From Hydrolagus colliei (Eukaryota): DNA of 64,000 nt. The notes under the pieces were generated by a model, which was not told the DNA's origin, made no database searches, and saw only the letters and a program-made list of their open reading frames with translations. Position numbers and translations under genes: made by a program. The stretch's first letter is position 1; the number at the start of each line of letters is the position of its first letter. The stretch spans positions 5,332,001 through 5,396,000 of the forward strand of contig CM068757.1 in the NCBI GenBank assembly GCA_035084275.1, given 5' to 3'. Shown here in pieces: positions 36,860 to 48,341 of the stretch.

Positions 36860-38782
36860 ATGTTGAACAAGATGACATTGCATCCACAGCAGATGATGAT
36901 AGGTCCAAAGTTTAACAGGGCCATATTCGACCCCTTGTTTGTGCTGCTGTTGGCTCTTCAACTGCTGGTGGTGGCTGGTCTGGTCAGAGCTCAGACCTGC
37001 CCGTCTGTGTGTTCCTGTAGTAACCAGTTCAGCAAAGTGATCTGTACGCGACGTAATCTCCGAGAGGTGCCAGATAGCATCTCCATCAACACGCGCTACC
37101 TGAACCTGCAAGAAAACGGGATCCAGGTCATCAAATCCGACAGCTTTAAGCATTTAAGGCACCTGGAGATTTTGCAGTTAAGTAAGAACCACATCCGACA
37201 GATTGAGGTCGGGGCCTTCAACGGCCTGACAAACCTCAACACCCTGGAGCTGTTTGACAACCGCCTTTCCACCATCCCCAGTGGAGCTTTTGAATACCTA
37301 TCGAAACTGAAAGAGCTGTGGTTGCGGAATAATCCAATTGAGAGCATACCCTCGTACGCTTTCAGTCGAGTCCCTTCGCTTAGAAGATTAGATTTAGGCG
37401 AACTGAAAAGGCTGGAGTACATCTCGGACAGAGCCTTTGATAGCCTCTCCAACTTGAGGTATCTGAACCTGGGAATGTGCAACCTGCGCGATATCCCGAG
37501 CCTCATGACTCTGCTGAAGCTGGAGGAGCTGGAGCTGTCGGGGAACCGTCTCTCCCAGATCCGGCCAGGCTCCTTCCAGGGCCTGACGAACCTGCAGAAA
37601 CTGTGGATGATGCACGCTCAGATTCAGGTGATTGAGAGGAATGCCTTCGACGACCTCCAGTCCCTAATCGAGCTGAACTTGGCGCACAATAACCTGACTC
37701 TGCTGCCTCATGACCTCTTCACCCCACTCCACCACCTCGAGCGCGTCCACCTGCATCACAACCCGTGGAGTTGTAACTGTGATATCCTGTGGCTCAGCTG
37801 GTGGCTCAAGGAGATCGTGCCCTCCAACACAACCTGTTGTGCTCGCTGCCACACGCCCCCTAATTTAAAGGGCAGCTACATTGGGGAACTGGACCAGAAT
37901 AAGTTCAACTGCTACGCACCGGTTATCGTCGAGGCCCCTACGGACCTCAATCTGACCGAAGGGATGGCCGCAGAGTTGAAGTGCCGGGCGTCCACCTCCA
38001 TGACGTCGGTGAGTTGGATTACCCCGAACGGCACCATAATGACTCACGGAGCCTACAAAGTGCGGATCTCGGTGCTTAACGACGGCACATTAAATTTTAC
38101 TAATGTGACGGTCCAGGACACGGGGCTGTACACGTGTTTGGTGAGTAACTCTGCAGGGAACACCACGGCTTCGGCCACGCTCAACGTGACGGCGACGGAG
38201 AACAGCACCTTCACCTACTTCACCACGGTCACTGTGGAGTCCATGGAGCCATCGATACAGGTACACACGAGCGACGACAAGTTCAGGCCCACGCCGTTCA
38301 GCGACTGGGAAACGACCTTTGTGACCACCTCCCTGACTCCTCGGAACACAAAGACGACAGAGAAGACGGCCACAGTGGCCATCACCGACGCGGGGGACAA
38401 CATCATGCCCGGCCTGGATGAGGTGATGAAAACCACCAAGATCATTATCGGGTGTTTTGTAGCCATCACGCTGATGGCGGCTGTGATGTTGATCATTTTT
38501 TACAAAATGCGCAAGCAACACCACCACCAGAATCACCACGCTCCCATCAGGACCATCGAGATCATCAACGTGGACGAAGAGATCGCGCGAGGCACTGCCG
38601 TGGAGAGCCACCTGACGATGCCCGCCATAGAGCACGAGGATATGAACCATTATAACTCGTACAAAGCACCGTTCAACCATACCACCACAGTAAACACCAT
38701 AAACTCAATACACAGCTCTGTGCATGAGCCATTATTGATGCGAGTGAACTCTAAGGACAATGTGCAAGAGACACAGATCTAA
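36860..38782 (+). CDS. LRRC4C: Leucine-rich repeat-containing protein 4C / netrin-G1 ligand (NGL-1); single coding exon
   Basis: 640-aa ORF. It starts [11 protein letters not shown] and has a signal peptide ending VRA|QTCPSVCSC, an LRRNT cap, tandem LxxLxLxxN repeats and an LRRCT ([15 protein letters not shown]). These are followed by one Ig domain (AELKC...W...DTGLYTC), a Thr-rich stalk, a TM helix ([21 protein letters not shown]) and the C-terminal PDZ-binding motif ETQI. N-terminus, C-terminus and length match vertebrate LRRC4C as I recall it, rather than LRRC4 or LRRC4B. Confidence 0.97.
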   Translation: MLNKMTLHPQQMMIGPKFNRAIFDPLFVLLLALQLLVVAGLVRAQTCPSVCSCSNQFSKVICTRRNLREVPDSISINTRYLNLQENGIQVIKSDSFKHLRHLEILQLSKNHIRQIEVGAFNGLTNLNTLELFDNRLSTIPSGAFEYLSKLKELWLRNNPIESIPSYAFSRVPSLRRLDLGELKRLEYISDRAFDSLSNLRYLNLGMCNLRDIPSLMTLLKLEELELSGNRLSQIRPGSFQGLTNLQKLWMMHAQIQVIERNAFDDLQSLIELNLAHNNLTLLPHDLFTPLHHLERVHLHHNPWSCNCDILWLSWWLKEIVPSNTTCCARCHTPPNLKGSYIGELDQNKFNCYAPVIVEAPTDLNLTEGMAAELKCRASTSMTSVSWITPNGTIMTHGAYKVRISVLNDGTLNFTNVTVQDTGLYTCLVSNSAGNTTASATLNVTATENSTFTYFTTVTVESMEPSIQVHTSDDKFRPTPFSDWETTFVTTSLTPRNTKTTEKTATVAITDAGDNIMPGLDEVMKTTKIIIGCFVAITLMAAVMLIIFYKMRKQHHHQNHHAPIRTIEIINVDEEIARGTAVESHLTMPAIEHEDMNHYNSYKAPFNHTTTVNTINSIHSSVHEPLLMRVNSKDNVQETQI

Positions 38783-39390
38783 CAAAACAAAAAACGGATT
38801 ATATTAAAAAAAACACACAAAGAACACACAAATTTACAAATGACAAACAGGACAAGGCTGACTCTACTGTTTAAAAGAAGTGTCTTTAAAGAGGTTTATT
38901 TATTAAAAAATAATTCTATTGTGATCTAAAGCAGAGACAATGATGTGTATTCTAAACACCAATTTGACATACAATGCTGCGCCCATTAATTTAGTCATCG
39001 CTATGTTTTTCATAAGAGATTTTGATTCTCTGAGGGATTGTTCAAATATTTTGTAAGGATTCTGTTTCACATGGGGTTTTTATGGTGAATTCTAGTGGTG
39101 AGATTCAGTCTGTTTTGTCTCATTCTGTTATTTCATAAGCTCTTACAACTGGTTATGACAGGGAATGCAGTATTAGAGGTAGATTTATATTAAATCTTTT
39201 ATTTTCCATGTACCATCTTGTTCTATATTTACAAACCAAACCATTCTGTGAAGATTGCTTTACATGTAAAAAAAACATACAAAAAAAATCACATACCCAT
39301 GATCTTTTAAACAAGTCTAGACTCAGAATTTGTAGTTCAAATACTAAATAAGATTATAAATAAACTATTGTTGGTTTTCAGTACTTTCAA
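38783..39390 (+). other. LRRC4C: Probable LRRC4C 3' UTR
   Basis: A/U-rich, repeat-free stretch after the stop codon, running to a canonical AATAAA. The 3' end is inferred. Confidence 0.6.
39359..39364 (+). terminator. Candidate polyadenylation signal
   Basis: First canonical AATAAA that I see after the stop codon, followed by T/GT-rich sequence (ctattgttggttttc). Confidence 0.5.
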
Positions 39391-42300
39391 ATATCTAAAT
39401 TAATGATTCTGAAGTCAAAGTTCGACAACCTATTTGCAATTTTCTGTAACATATTAACCTGACTGCAAAGAGAACGAACAGTCAGGATTTTGATAGTGCA
39501 AATCTAATTTACTCAATACGGTAGCTGGTTTTCGGTTTTCATATTGTTATGAGTAATGTGCCACGGCGTATGTTGATATGGCAGCTCTTTATTCTGGTGC
39601 AACAACTGCTGTGTTCAAAAAGGGATATGCAAACGATTTTGTTTTCCTCTTAATGCTTACACAAAGTTTAACGCCGGATGCCCGATGCGGTGATGCTCTC
39701 CGCAGCTCAAAAGATCTCAACCGTTCAAACAAGACAAAGACACAAGACGTCTCTCCCAAGAAAATGTGCTCAACCTTACTACCGGTAGTTTAGTGACCCA
39801 ATGTACGGCGTCAAGGGTGCTGCAATGTTAGAAGCACTGACCTTTGGATGTGATGTTAAGTCTTGTCATCTGCCCTGGTTTGCCAAAGGTGGCATTGTTC
39901 CCATCGCAGGGAATAGGCGTTAACACAGTTTCCTGGATAATATTTCCCTAAGAATGCAAAAGGCAAGATTCCTTGTTTCTCCCAAGCGTCTTTAGGCAAT
40001 CCTGATTAAATATCTTACTAGAAATATAATGACCCAAGTTCATTTTGTTAATCGGCGGGCGGATTAAAATCACCTAGCTCCAAGGAGGCAAAGCGGAATA
40101 TACGTTTGAACAGAACCACATACAGTTTGTGTAAAGATGTATTTAAAGGGCAATGTTACCGCAGTCAGTTAGTATAAAATAAAGACCAGTTTTCCAACCT
40201 CTCTACCAGTTTTAAGGTTCAGTAAAAAAAATTAATGCTTTGAAAGAATGCATCAGAAGACATTCGGAATTAAATTGTCTCTCTCTCTGTGCCCTTTTTT
40301 TTAAAAAAAATCAGGAAATACATGAAGCTTTATGTTGCTTAGAATAATCATGCGAACAGGCCAAGACTTTTCCTGTTCAGAGGATGAAAAGCCAGCATGA
40401 GAGTTGAAGAAAATTTTGAGCAAGAGCTTTCCTCTTTATATTCTTCTGAGTGCACATGAAGCCAGTCCCAGTGATCATAACAGAGCATTGCACCAGCAGA
40501 ATGAACAGTGTGTTTATTGTGACCACTCGGAACTTTGAGAGTAAATTTACGGAGAATTCATGATGAATTGATCAATACGTTTAACCAAGAAAATGGTATG
40601 ATAGCTTCATAAAACGGTTGGGTTCCTCAACCAATTAAGAAATCATACAGGGTGACCACTTTTAAGTCCAGACACAGATATGATCCAGTACATTTTTGAC
40701 ATGAGAAATTCACGGAATCAATTGGCGTGTGGTTTCACAGCCCGATTGCATAGTTCCCATTTACTCCCAAATCGCAAGGGGCTACAGGTGTCAGTTAGGA
40801 CCATTCTGAACATATATTTTTTTAAAATTAAATGACTTCTTTAATCGACTGTGTGCTGATTCGTTTTATTTTGTGGGGGGTGGGGGGGGAGGATCGGTAA
40901 GAGTTGAAAGGTGGGACTCCAAAGGAATAGGTTTTGGCTTTGTTACGAGTTCTGGCGGCAAAGCTTTAGATTGAGGAATGCAAACAAAGCTGAGGATATC
41001 AGTGTTTTGTTATATCTGTACTCCCTAATCTGAAGATTCCATTCCGCAACCAAAATATTGTGCTCACCGCATCAGGATGGAAGGGCTCCTGATCTCACTC
41101 TCTTGCCATCCCTCCCCCCTCCCCCCACTCCTTTAAACTCTTTCCCATATTTCAAGAGAGATGGACAATGACTGGACCTCTGTGGAAGCAAAATGTCTCG
41201 CATTGGAATGCAACAAAGAACACATCGTAAATTGAAAGGAGCGGGCACTCAGTAATATAAAGTACTAATTATGTGTGAGTGAAAGAGAAAGAATCCAGAG
41301 GAGATGTGCCAAGTATTCATCCCGGTGTCATGCATCATACTGTCAGACTTCCTCTTTGTCTTTGCAATGTTCTCCTTACAATTAAAGGTGCTACATCGGT
41401 GGAAATTGTTGTTGTTGCTGAGGTTTGTGGCACAAGAAAGTAGTCGATTGATGTATGTAATAAACATGTGGTAAAGAGCTCACCAAATAGCTTTCCGGTA
41501 TAACAACCAGTCATGAAGACGTCACAGTGCAAACACATGTTTAATAAAGTTGGTGATGTGCACACTACACGGTAGGATCTTATCGGGGGTAAGAATGCCA
41601 AATGGGTCAATATCATCTGAAAGAGAGGATTGGTAAAACCCTAGAACAACCCTAGAACAACCCTACAAACAAAATGACGCTGAGAACGTACTGCTGTGAT
41701 CACAAGCTAAAAATCAATTGATGAACTGTGCTGGCTTCAGAGGTGCTGAAGAATGCATCAATAGGCAGGGTCTTAAACATTCTGAATTATTGGAAAAAGG
41801 GGTGTAAACTGAGAACCGTAACTGCTCCTTGAAAGAAATGTCCATGATTGTCCAAGGAACTCCAACTCATCATGCAGGTTGATGGAAATGTGATGTGCAA
41901 ACTAAAGTCGGAAGGATTATTATGGGTTCTTGTGCATTGCAAAAACAGCCTCCTCTGCTTTGTCAGCAGCAGTGTATTTACAGTGCTTTCTTTGAACGGT
42001 TTGGGTAGAGCTAAAATCAGAACGAATGCCTCGGGGTTAATCTTGCCAAGTCAGTGGTCAATTCGTGTGAATATATATAAAAACAATCTGAGAATTCCCT
42101 GGACACCAATGACTATTTGGCATCAAAAGAAATGCTGACAGAAAATCACCATCGCTCTGTGACTGGACTCAACAATCAGTTATTCTCTTCAGTTTGTGCA
42201 GGGTACAGTATTTGCTTTTTTTTTCAGCAGGTGGCAATGGGGGAGTGGTGTGGCAGGTTCTATCTTACCATTTTTGACCCAGAATAAAGTAGTAGATTGG

Positions 42301-44696
42301 TGCTGAAATCTTATAGGTTATCTATCTTCTCCTTTTATAGGTTTCTTTGGCGGGGAAAAAAACGCTGTGTGATAATAGTTTTAATAATTACAACACTGTT
42401 CATTTATGGTGTAACGGCTGAGTCAACAGTGTTGCTTTGTTGTGTAGCAGTGAGTTGGCAGGTTTGACGTCACACCAATTCAAGAGTCTGTTGCTTGGGA
42501 CACACAAGGTCAATATCAAACCATAAGGAACCACAAAGAGTATGTGGGTTGCCGATGAGGAAACAGCTCAATGTGATGCGAAAACAAAATGTGTCTCTAC
42601 TTGAACCTATTCTCTGAATTTTTAGCAGGTATCAGATGAGGAGAAACTGCCATGGATAAATAAATGGCAAACCAGGTTCCTTACAGCATGCACCACCTGA
42701 CGCTAGCAGTAACCCAATGACCCAGGCATCAGCCATTTTCCATTTCCCATCTGTGTCGGCTGCCATTTTGGATTTTCTGGGCTAATATATATCATGTCCG
42801 TTTCGAGGAAGAAGATATAAAACATTACCCATGTGCGGTAGAGAGAGTCCTTCAGTATATACTATTTATACTACTGCACGATTATGCTCAGTAACCAAGG
42901 ATGGTTGATACAAACAAATAGAGCACACCACTCATTCACAACCGAGCAGAGCTTTCATTGTACTAAAAATAATAAATACCTTGAGAAAAGGTACATCTAC
43001 TCAACGTGCATCCCTGCACCATCATATCGAACCTTTTCGGGTTTTACAAAGCCTGCTGGACACATTTGCGCACATAGAGCGTGTTTGAATGTAAATTAAT
43101 CGGGCAGAGTTAAATAGTGATTCTGAAAAAAAGACATGGTGCACAAAGTGGAATGTTAATCCATTCCCGACCAGCATTTCAATAGATTGTTTCCATCCCA
43201 GGTCAATGCTCTGGGCTACAATGCAAAATGGAAACTAATTCCCAGCATCGCATGCACCATGTCGCTTTACTCATGGCAAGTTTGCATCAGGACATGATAG
43301 TTCCAGTATGATAGGAAAGTGGAGGCATCAAGCAACGACTAAATAAATGGCAGGGATGGCAAGATGAGCGGAGGGAGGAGATCAGACCTAAACCTCCCTT
43401 GATTCCAGTTTGGGTGCAAACCCTCAACTGTCGAGTGCCTTAGGACATCCTTCCGATGTGAAAAGCACTAGACCTAAGTGTCACTTTTTTGTTGGTCTAA
43501 AATTGACCTCAATCATCGTGTAATACATTTGGTAGTTCCCAGAATACAAAATGATGTTGGGAATACCGGCAAATATATGGTTGTACAATGAATGGGCTAG
43601 GAAGTCCACAGAGATGAAAGGTTGTCTCACAGTAACGTTAATCTGTGGCCCAATTGTGACCTTGAAAGTCTTTAGCGGAAAGTGGGTGAAGAACCAATAA
43701 GGCAATGAATCTGGTAAGTGGCTGTTTATGTGATGTTAACTTTTACATTTTGATGGCATAATCTATATTTTTTTTAATTTCAATTTGAGTGACCTATGAT
43801 TTTCTTTTTGGACATTATCTGCCTTCTCTGACTATGCTATATTTTGTATTCTGAATGAATACAAAATGCTAATATGCAGCCTTTTTCTTCACACAGATGA
43901 AACAGACCTTCCTGGAGGTACAAGGAAATGCAAAGTAAACATGGATACCAGAATCCATGTTTCACATCCAACCCATTGAAGCATCAACTGAGGCTAGAGC
44001 CACTGAATTATAAATTACTACCTAAGGAGCTTAGAACTTTGAGTAAACAACAACAAAACTACATACGTATAGACCACAAAGTGCACAAGTTGGCTGTTTC
44101 TAAATATATTTCTTATGGATTCTTTAATAAAGTTGAAATAATAATAATCATTGCATTTGATATAGCGCATTTCACGTCTTCTAGACGTCTTAAAGTGCTT
44201 CACAGAATATAGGAGTCAGGAGAATGTGGCATTACTGAGATAATAATAATCCTATTGTTTGATATACAGTACTTATCATGCCATCTCAAAGTACTGCACT
44301 GAATATATTGTAAAGTGAATTCATTGTATTTTGTGGGTGAAATGTTTGAACTACAGCACCAGTCCTGGACAGACAGACAATCAAGGAAAAGAAATGTGAT
44401 TGATGTATGCACTCTGTACAGTAAGATTTTCATGATTGGTTCCAGTATCTTTTTTTGATTCCTCTAGAGGTTTAATCTAGGTTTAAATTTTGTTTCTTTT
44501 CAAAGTTGTGACTTAAAAAGAGACTGAATGTCACCTTTGTGATTTAATTGAGTTTAACTGCAGCTCTGAGTTGCTCATGAGAAACAATGAAATCGGTAAA
44601 TAGGTATCTCGGAGTCATTTAAACGGATACCATTGAACCAAACTTGAAATATTACCAAGCTTTCAGAGGCACACATACTCATCCACCTGAGATCAT

Positions 44697-45002
44697 GGAG
44701 TCCTGTAGCTCAGTGGTTAGCGCACTCAGCTTTGCAAGTGAGAGACCTGGGATCAATTCCAGGCAGGGCAAAACCTTGGACAAATTTCCTTACTCCACAC
44801 GCTTAATAATAATCTCTCAAAAAAACAACAATAAATTGGTCACTTCAATCCATGCCTGTTTGTGGGATGCTGCTGGGCGCAATTGGCCGCTGCATTTTGC
44901 CGCCAAATACAGTCAATTCACTTTACAGTATATTCTGTGAAGCGCTTTGAGACGTCTAGAAGACGTGAAAAGCACTATATTAAATGCAAGAATTATTATT
45001 AT
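44697..45002 (+). mobile_element. Full-length young tRNA-derived SINE (tRNA head, partial Deu-like core, L2-type tail)
   Basis: Box A tagctcagtgg, box B-like gggatcaattcc, core tgtttgtgggatgctgctgggcgcaattggc, and tail agcgctttgagacgtctagaagacgtgaaaagcactatattaaatgcaag(att)n. Many similar copies occur in the window. Confidence 0.92.
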
Positions 45003-46189
45003 GATCCAATCACGAGTAGCATTCACTAACAGAAGTTAGATTCTAGTAGGTCAAAATTTGGTGTACTTCAGTTACAAACCAATTTCTGCATGAATTGTTT
45101 TTGCTTTGTTAATAGTGAGAGACTATGCAAACTCAAAAAACAGTCATCGTTTTTTTTTAAGAACCATTATTCACTGAACAGTGTCTCGTGGGTCTGGGTC
45201 CAAATGCAGTGTACCCTGTAGAAGCACAGGTATTCCACTGAATAACTTCGCCCCATAACCTCACTTATGGTGGACTGCAGTTTCTGCAGGCTGCCAAACA
45301 AAATTAATCTTAGGGAATACAAATGCAGAGTTTAAACAGAGGATGTTCTATCTGGCTAATCATCAAAAATCAATTTCACTGTTAGAAAGCGATTCTTAAG
45401 ATCAGTTAATTGCAAAAGATCTTGAATCAACCTCAACACCCGAGTGAAAACAGGCTGGGAAATGTCACATCAATTAATACTATCATTAACTCAACATGCT
45501 TCAGCTGTGTGCATGTTAATTTAGTCACATGGTCCATTTGGATAAAGAAGATTCTTCAGCTCAGTTCATTCTTATCCTCCACAACAGCATCAAGCTCACC
45601 TTTTTTGGGAAAAAAAAATGAGTCCAGAGCCTTGGTCTCAATCACTCTTCCTGGCAACATATTCCAGTTGTTGATTACTCTTCCCGGTAAAGTAAATCAA
45701 TCTCTGCTAGCGTTGAGTTCAACATTTCCTCAAATCCATGTGTCCCCTCTCCATGTCACTGGAAGGAACTTGTTAAAACTATTTCCCCCTCCCTCTCTCA
45801 AAAAGACAAAGGATCTTAAATTCCTTTCGGCTTAGTTGACTTCAAAAATGATGCTGACGGTAAGATTTAAAAATCTTTTTAAAAAATGTATTTAAGATTT
45901 TCTTTAAAAATCTGGACTGTTGTTTTGCACTTTATAAATTGCAGGAAATGCTACGACTGTATACTGTATTTGGTTAAAATGGATCTTCTGGAAAGAACAT
46001 AGGTTTTTGGACTTGGGCTTTCAAAATGCTTATTAGCTGCAATGTTGGTATTTCTAAGACATCGAACAAAGGTGATTTTTTATCAGAAGGTGTTTTAATA
46101 CAATTTATGTTACTTGTGAATGTGCTATTGTTAGCACTTATGAATGTGCTATTGTTAGCACATTCATCTCTGTTCAGAGGTTGTGTTCC

Positions 46190-46630
46190 GCAGTGGGATT
46201 TCTCATCATTAGTCTAGGGTTTATATTCCAATAGAGTGCTGCGTTATCAAAGGTCCTGCCTTTTGGTTTAGACAATAAACTGAAGTCTCATTTGCTATAT
46301 TAAAAATTCCATGCACGTACAAATGGCTGCCATGTTTGGCTGCAAATACAGCCACCACCTTGACAGCAATTACCTTTGAAATGCATGAGAAATGTTTCGA
46401 TGTTATGTTATAAAAATACTTATCTTTCTTTTTTCCTACGCTGTGAGGTTAGAATAAAATGTCACTCTTGATTGACAATTGAAAATTGCGCATCTTTAAC
46501 ATTCACCTGAACAGGCAGCTGAAACGTCAGTTTAGTGTCTGCTCCAGAAGCAGACATTTCTGACAGTAAAGACTCCCCCAGAAAGTCTACTGCATTGGTG
46601 TGTCAGCCTAGTCTATGAACTCAAGCCCTT
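46190..46630. mobile_element. Two degenerate DeuSINE fragments in opposite orientation
   Basis: Plus copy at ~46190-46420 (agagtgctgc...taaactga, aaatggctgccatgttt). Minus copy at ~46480-46630 (attcacctgaacaggcag...gtgtcagcctag). Confidence 0.55.
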
Positions 46631-47431
46631 AGCAAACTGCCAGGGGAAGCAGTGTATCATGTGCTTGCAACACAAAATACATTTTGCCGCAATTTCACAC
46701 TCCACATAAAGGTAAGTGGTGTTCCGGTTCAGAGACCAGACACGTTATAAATATTTAATGTCTTTTATAGTTTGAGGGGAATCAATAATGTTGGTGCCCT
46801 TTTTAACGTGAAGCCTGTCAACGTATGGGTAGTTAAGCCTAATAAGAGAAATGCTATAGTTTATTTTGAAATAATGAAGCACTTGAAGAGGATGGTGAAA
46901 AATAACCTTTCTCTGTTTGAGATGTGACTCACTTCACATTTTACATTTCTATTGATTTTACTGAATGGAGAAAATATCTTAACTGGTGCCTTCTGGTGTT
47001 TTTCAACCACTGTCGTCAAACCAAATCAAATTAGATTTAACCACATCTTTTACAAATGAGTGGGGTTACAACACACACATCATGCTTTGGGGGTAGGTGA
47101 TTTAAAAAAAAAGAAAATTGTGATTACATTAATAATATATATTCAATATTATCCTGACTGATAATCCCCCAGATGAAGTTGACATTCAATTCATGACTGT
47201 TTTGTGGTACATTGCTGTATGCAACCTGGCTGCCACATTGATGGCAAACTGTACCTCTATCTGAACTTTCTCCTGGTGTCCTGTCCAACAATTTCCCAAA
47301 TATTGAAATATTAATGATGATTTAATCTTAAAAAAAAAACCTTCCTTCTCTTAACAGTTCAAGGAACCTTTATTAAAATTGGAACTGAACACTGAGCTCA
47401 TCCTTTGCAGGCCAGGGATGTGGCAAACCAT

Positions 47432-47850
47432 TAGAATTTTACAGCCCAGAAGAAGATCCTTTCAGTTCTGCTGTATTTGTGCTGCCTCTTTGGAAGAGAA
47501 ATCCATTCAGTCTTATAAGCTTGTCATACACCTGCAAATCATACCTCTTCAGAAACGTATCCAATTCTCTCTTGAAAACTAATGCATGATTCTGCCTTAA
47601 CCGACGCCAAATTGCAATCATACAGTACTTTTCATGTCGGGAGGATGACCGAAGGCGCTGGACAGTCAAGGTTTTGCATTTGAGCTGGGGGGGGGGGGGG
47701 GGGGGTTGGGGTCATTCTAAACAAAGCATTCCACATCCTAACAAAACTGCCTTTAAAAGAAAAATATTTTAAATCTTCCTCTTTGTTAATCACCGTAAAT
47801 GGATGCCCTGTGGTCACTGAATCAATGATCAGAGGAATCAAATTCTCCCT
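47432..47850 (-). mobile_element. CR1-clade LINE 3' end with an inserted L2 tail and poly-G
   Basis: Minus-strand peptides KYFSFKGSFVRMWNAL and VFKRELDTFLK, and a CR1-like terminus tagaattttacagcccagaagaag. Confidence 0.72.
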
Positions 47851-47868
47851 ATAAACTCATCAAGACAT

Positions 47869-48341
47869 GGAGTCCTGTAGCTCAGTGATTAGAGCACTCG
47901 CCTTACAAGCCATAGACCTGGGTTCAATTCTAGACAGGGTGAAACCTTGGGCAAGTTTCTTTACTCCACACATAATAATAATAATCCCTCAAAAAAATTA
48001 ATAAAATGGTCTATTAAATCCACATTTGTGGAACATTGCTGTGCGCAATTGGTTGCCACATTTCACCCAAATATACACAATCAATTCACCTTACAGTATA
48101 TTTGTGGAGTCCTGTAACTCAGTGATTAGGGCACTCCCCTTACAAGCATAAAACAGACCTGTGTTTCGAATCCGGGCAGGTCAGTGCGAAACCTTGTGCA
48201 AGTTTCCTTACTCCACATGCCTAATAATAATTCGTCCCCCAAAAAACTATAATAAATTGGTTATTTCAATTCACAACTGTTTGTGGGACATTGCTGCGTG
48301 CAATTGGCTGCCATGTTTCGCCCACAAATAGACAGTCAATT
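47869..48341 (+). mobile_element. Head-to-tail dimer of two tail-less young SINEs
   Basis: ggagtcctgta heads at 47869 and 48106, each followed by the core. Neither has the terminal stem-loop tail. Confidence 0.88.

Noticed and set aside
38090-38680. 196-aa antisense ORF and other antisense ORFs within LRRC4C (e.g. 37096-37506)
   Set aside because: Expected shadows of a GC3-rich coding sequence; no recognisable domain.
42213-42345. Strong-looking splice acceptors downstream of LRRC4C (ttttttttcagcag, ccttttatag)
   Set aside because: No associated ORF, donor or other exon evidence.
44697-44770. SINE heads as functional tRNA genes (also at ~2335-2405, 36140-36211 and 47869-47935)
   Set aside because: They have A and B boxes but no intact acceptor stem. 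Each continues into SINE body sequence and the copies vary at random.
47687-47711. Long poly-G tract as a functional G-quadruplex
   Set aside because: It lies inside decayed LINE sequence (the C-rich L2 3' region on the other strand), and homopolymer length is unreliable in assemblies.
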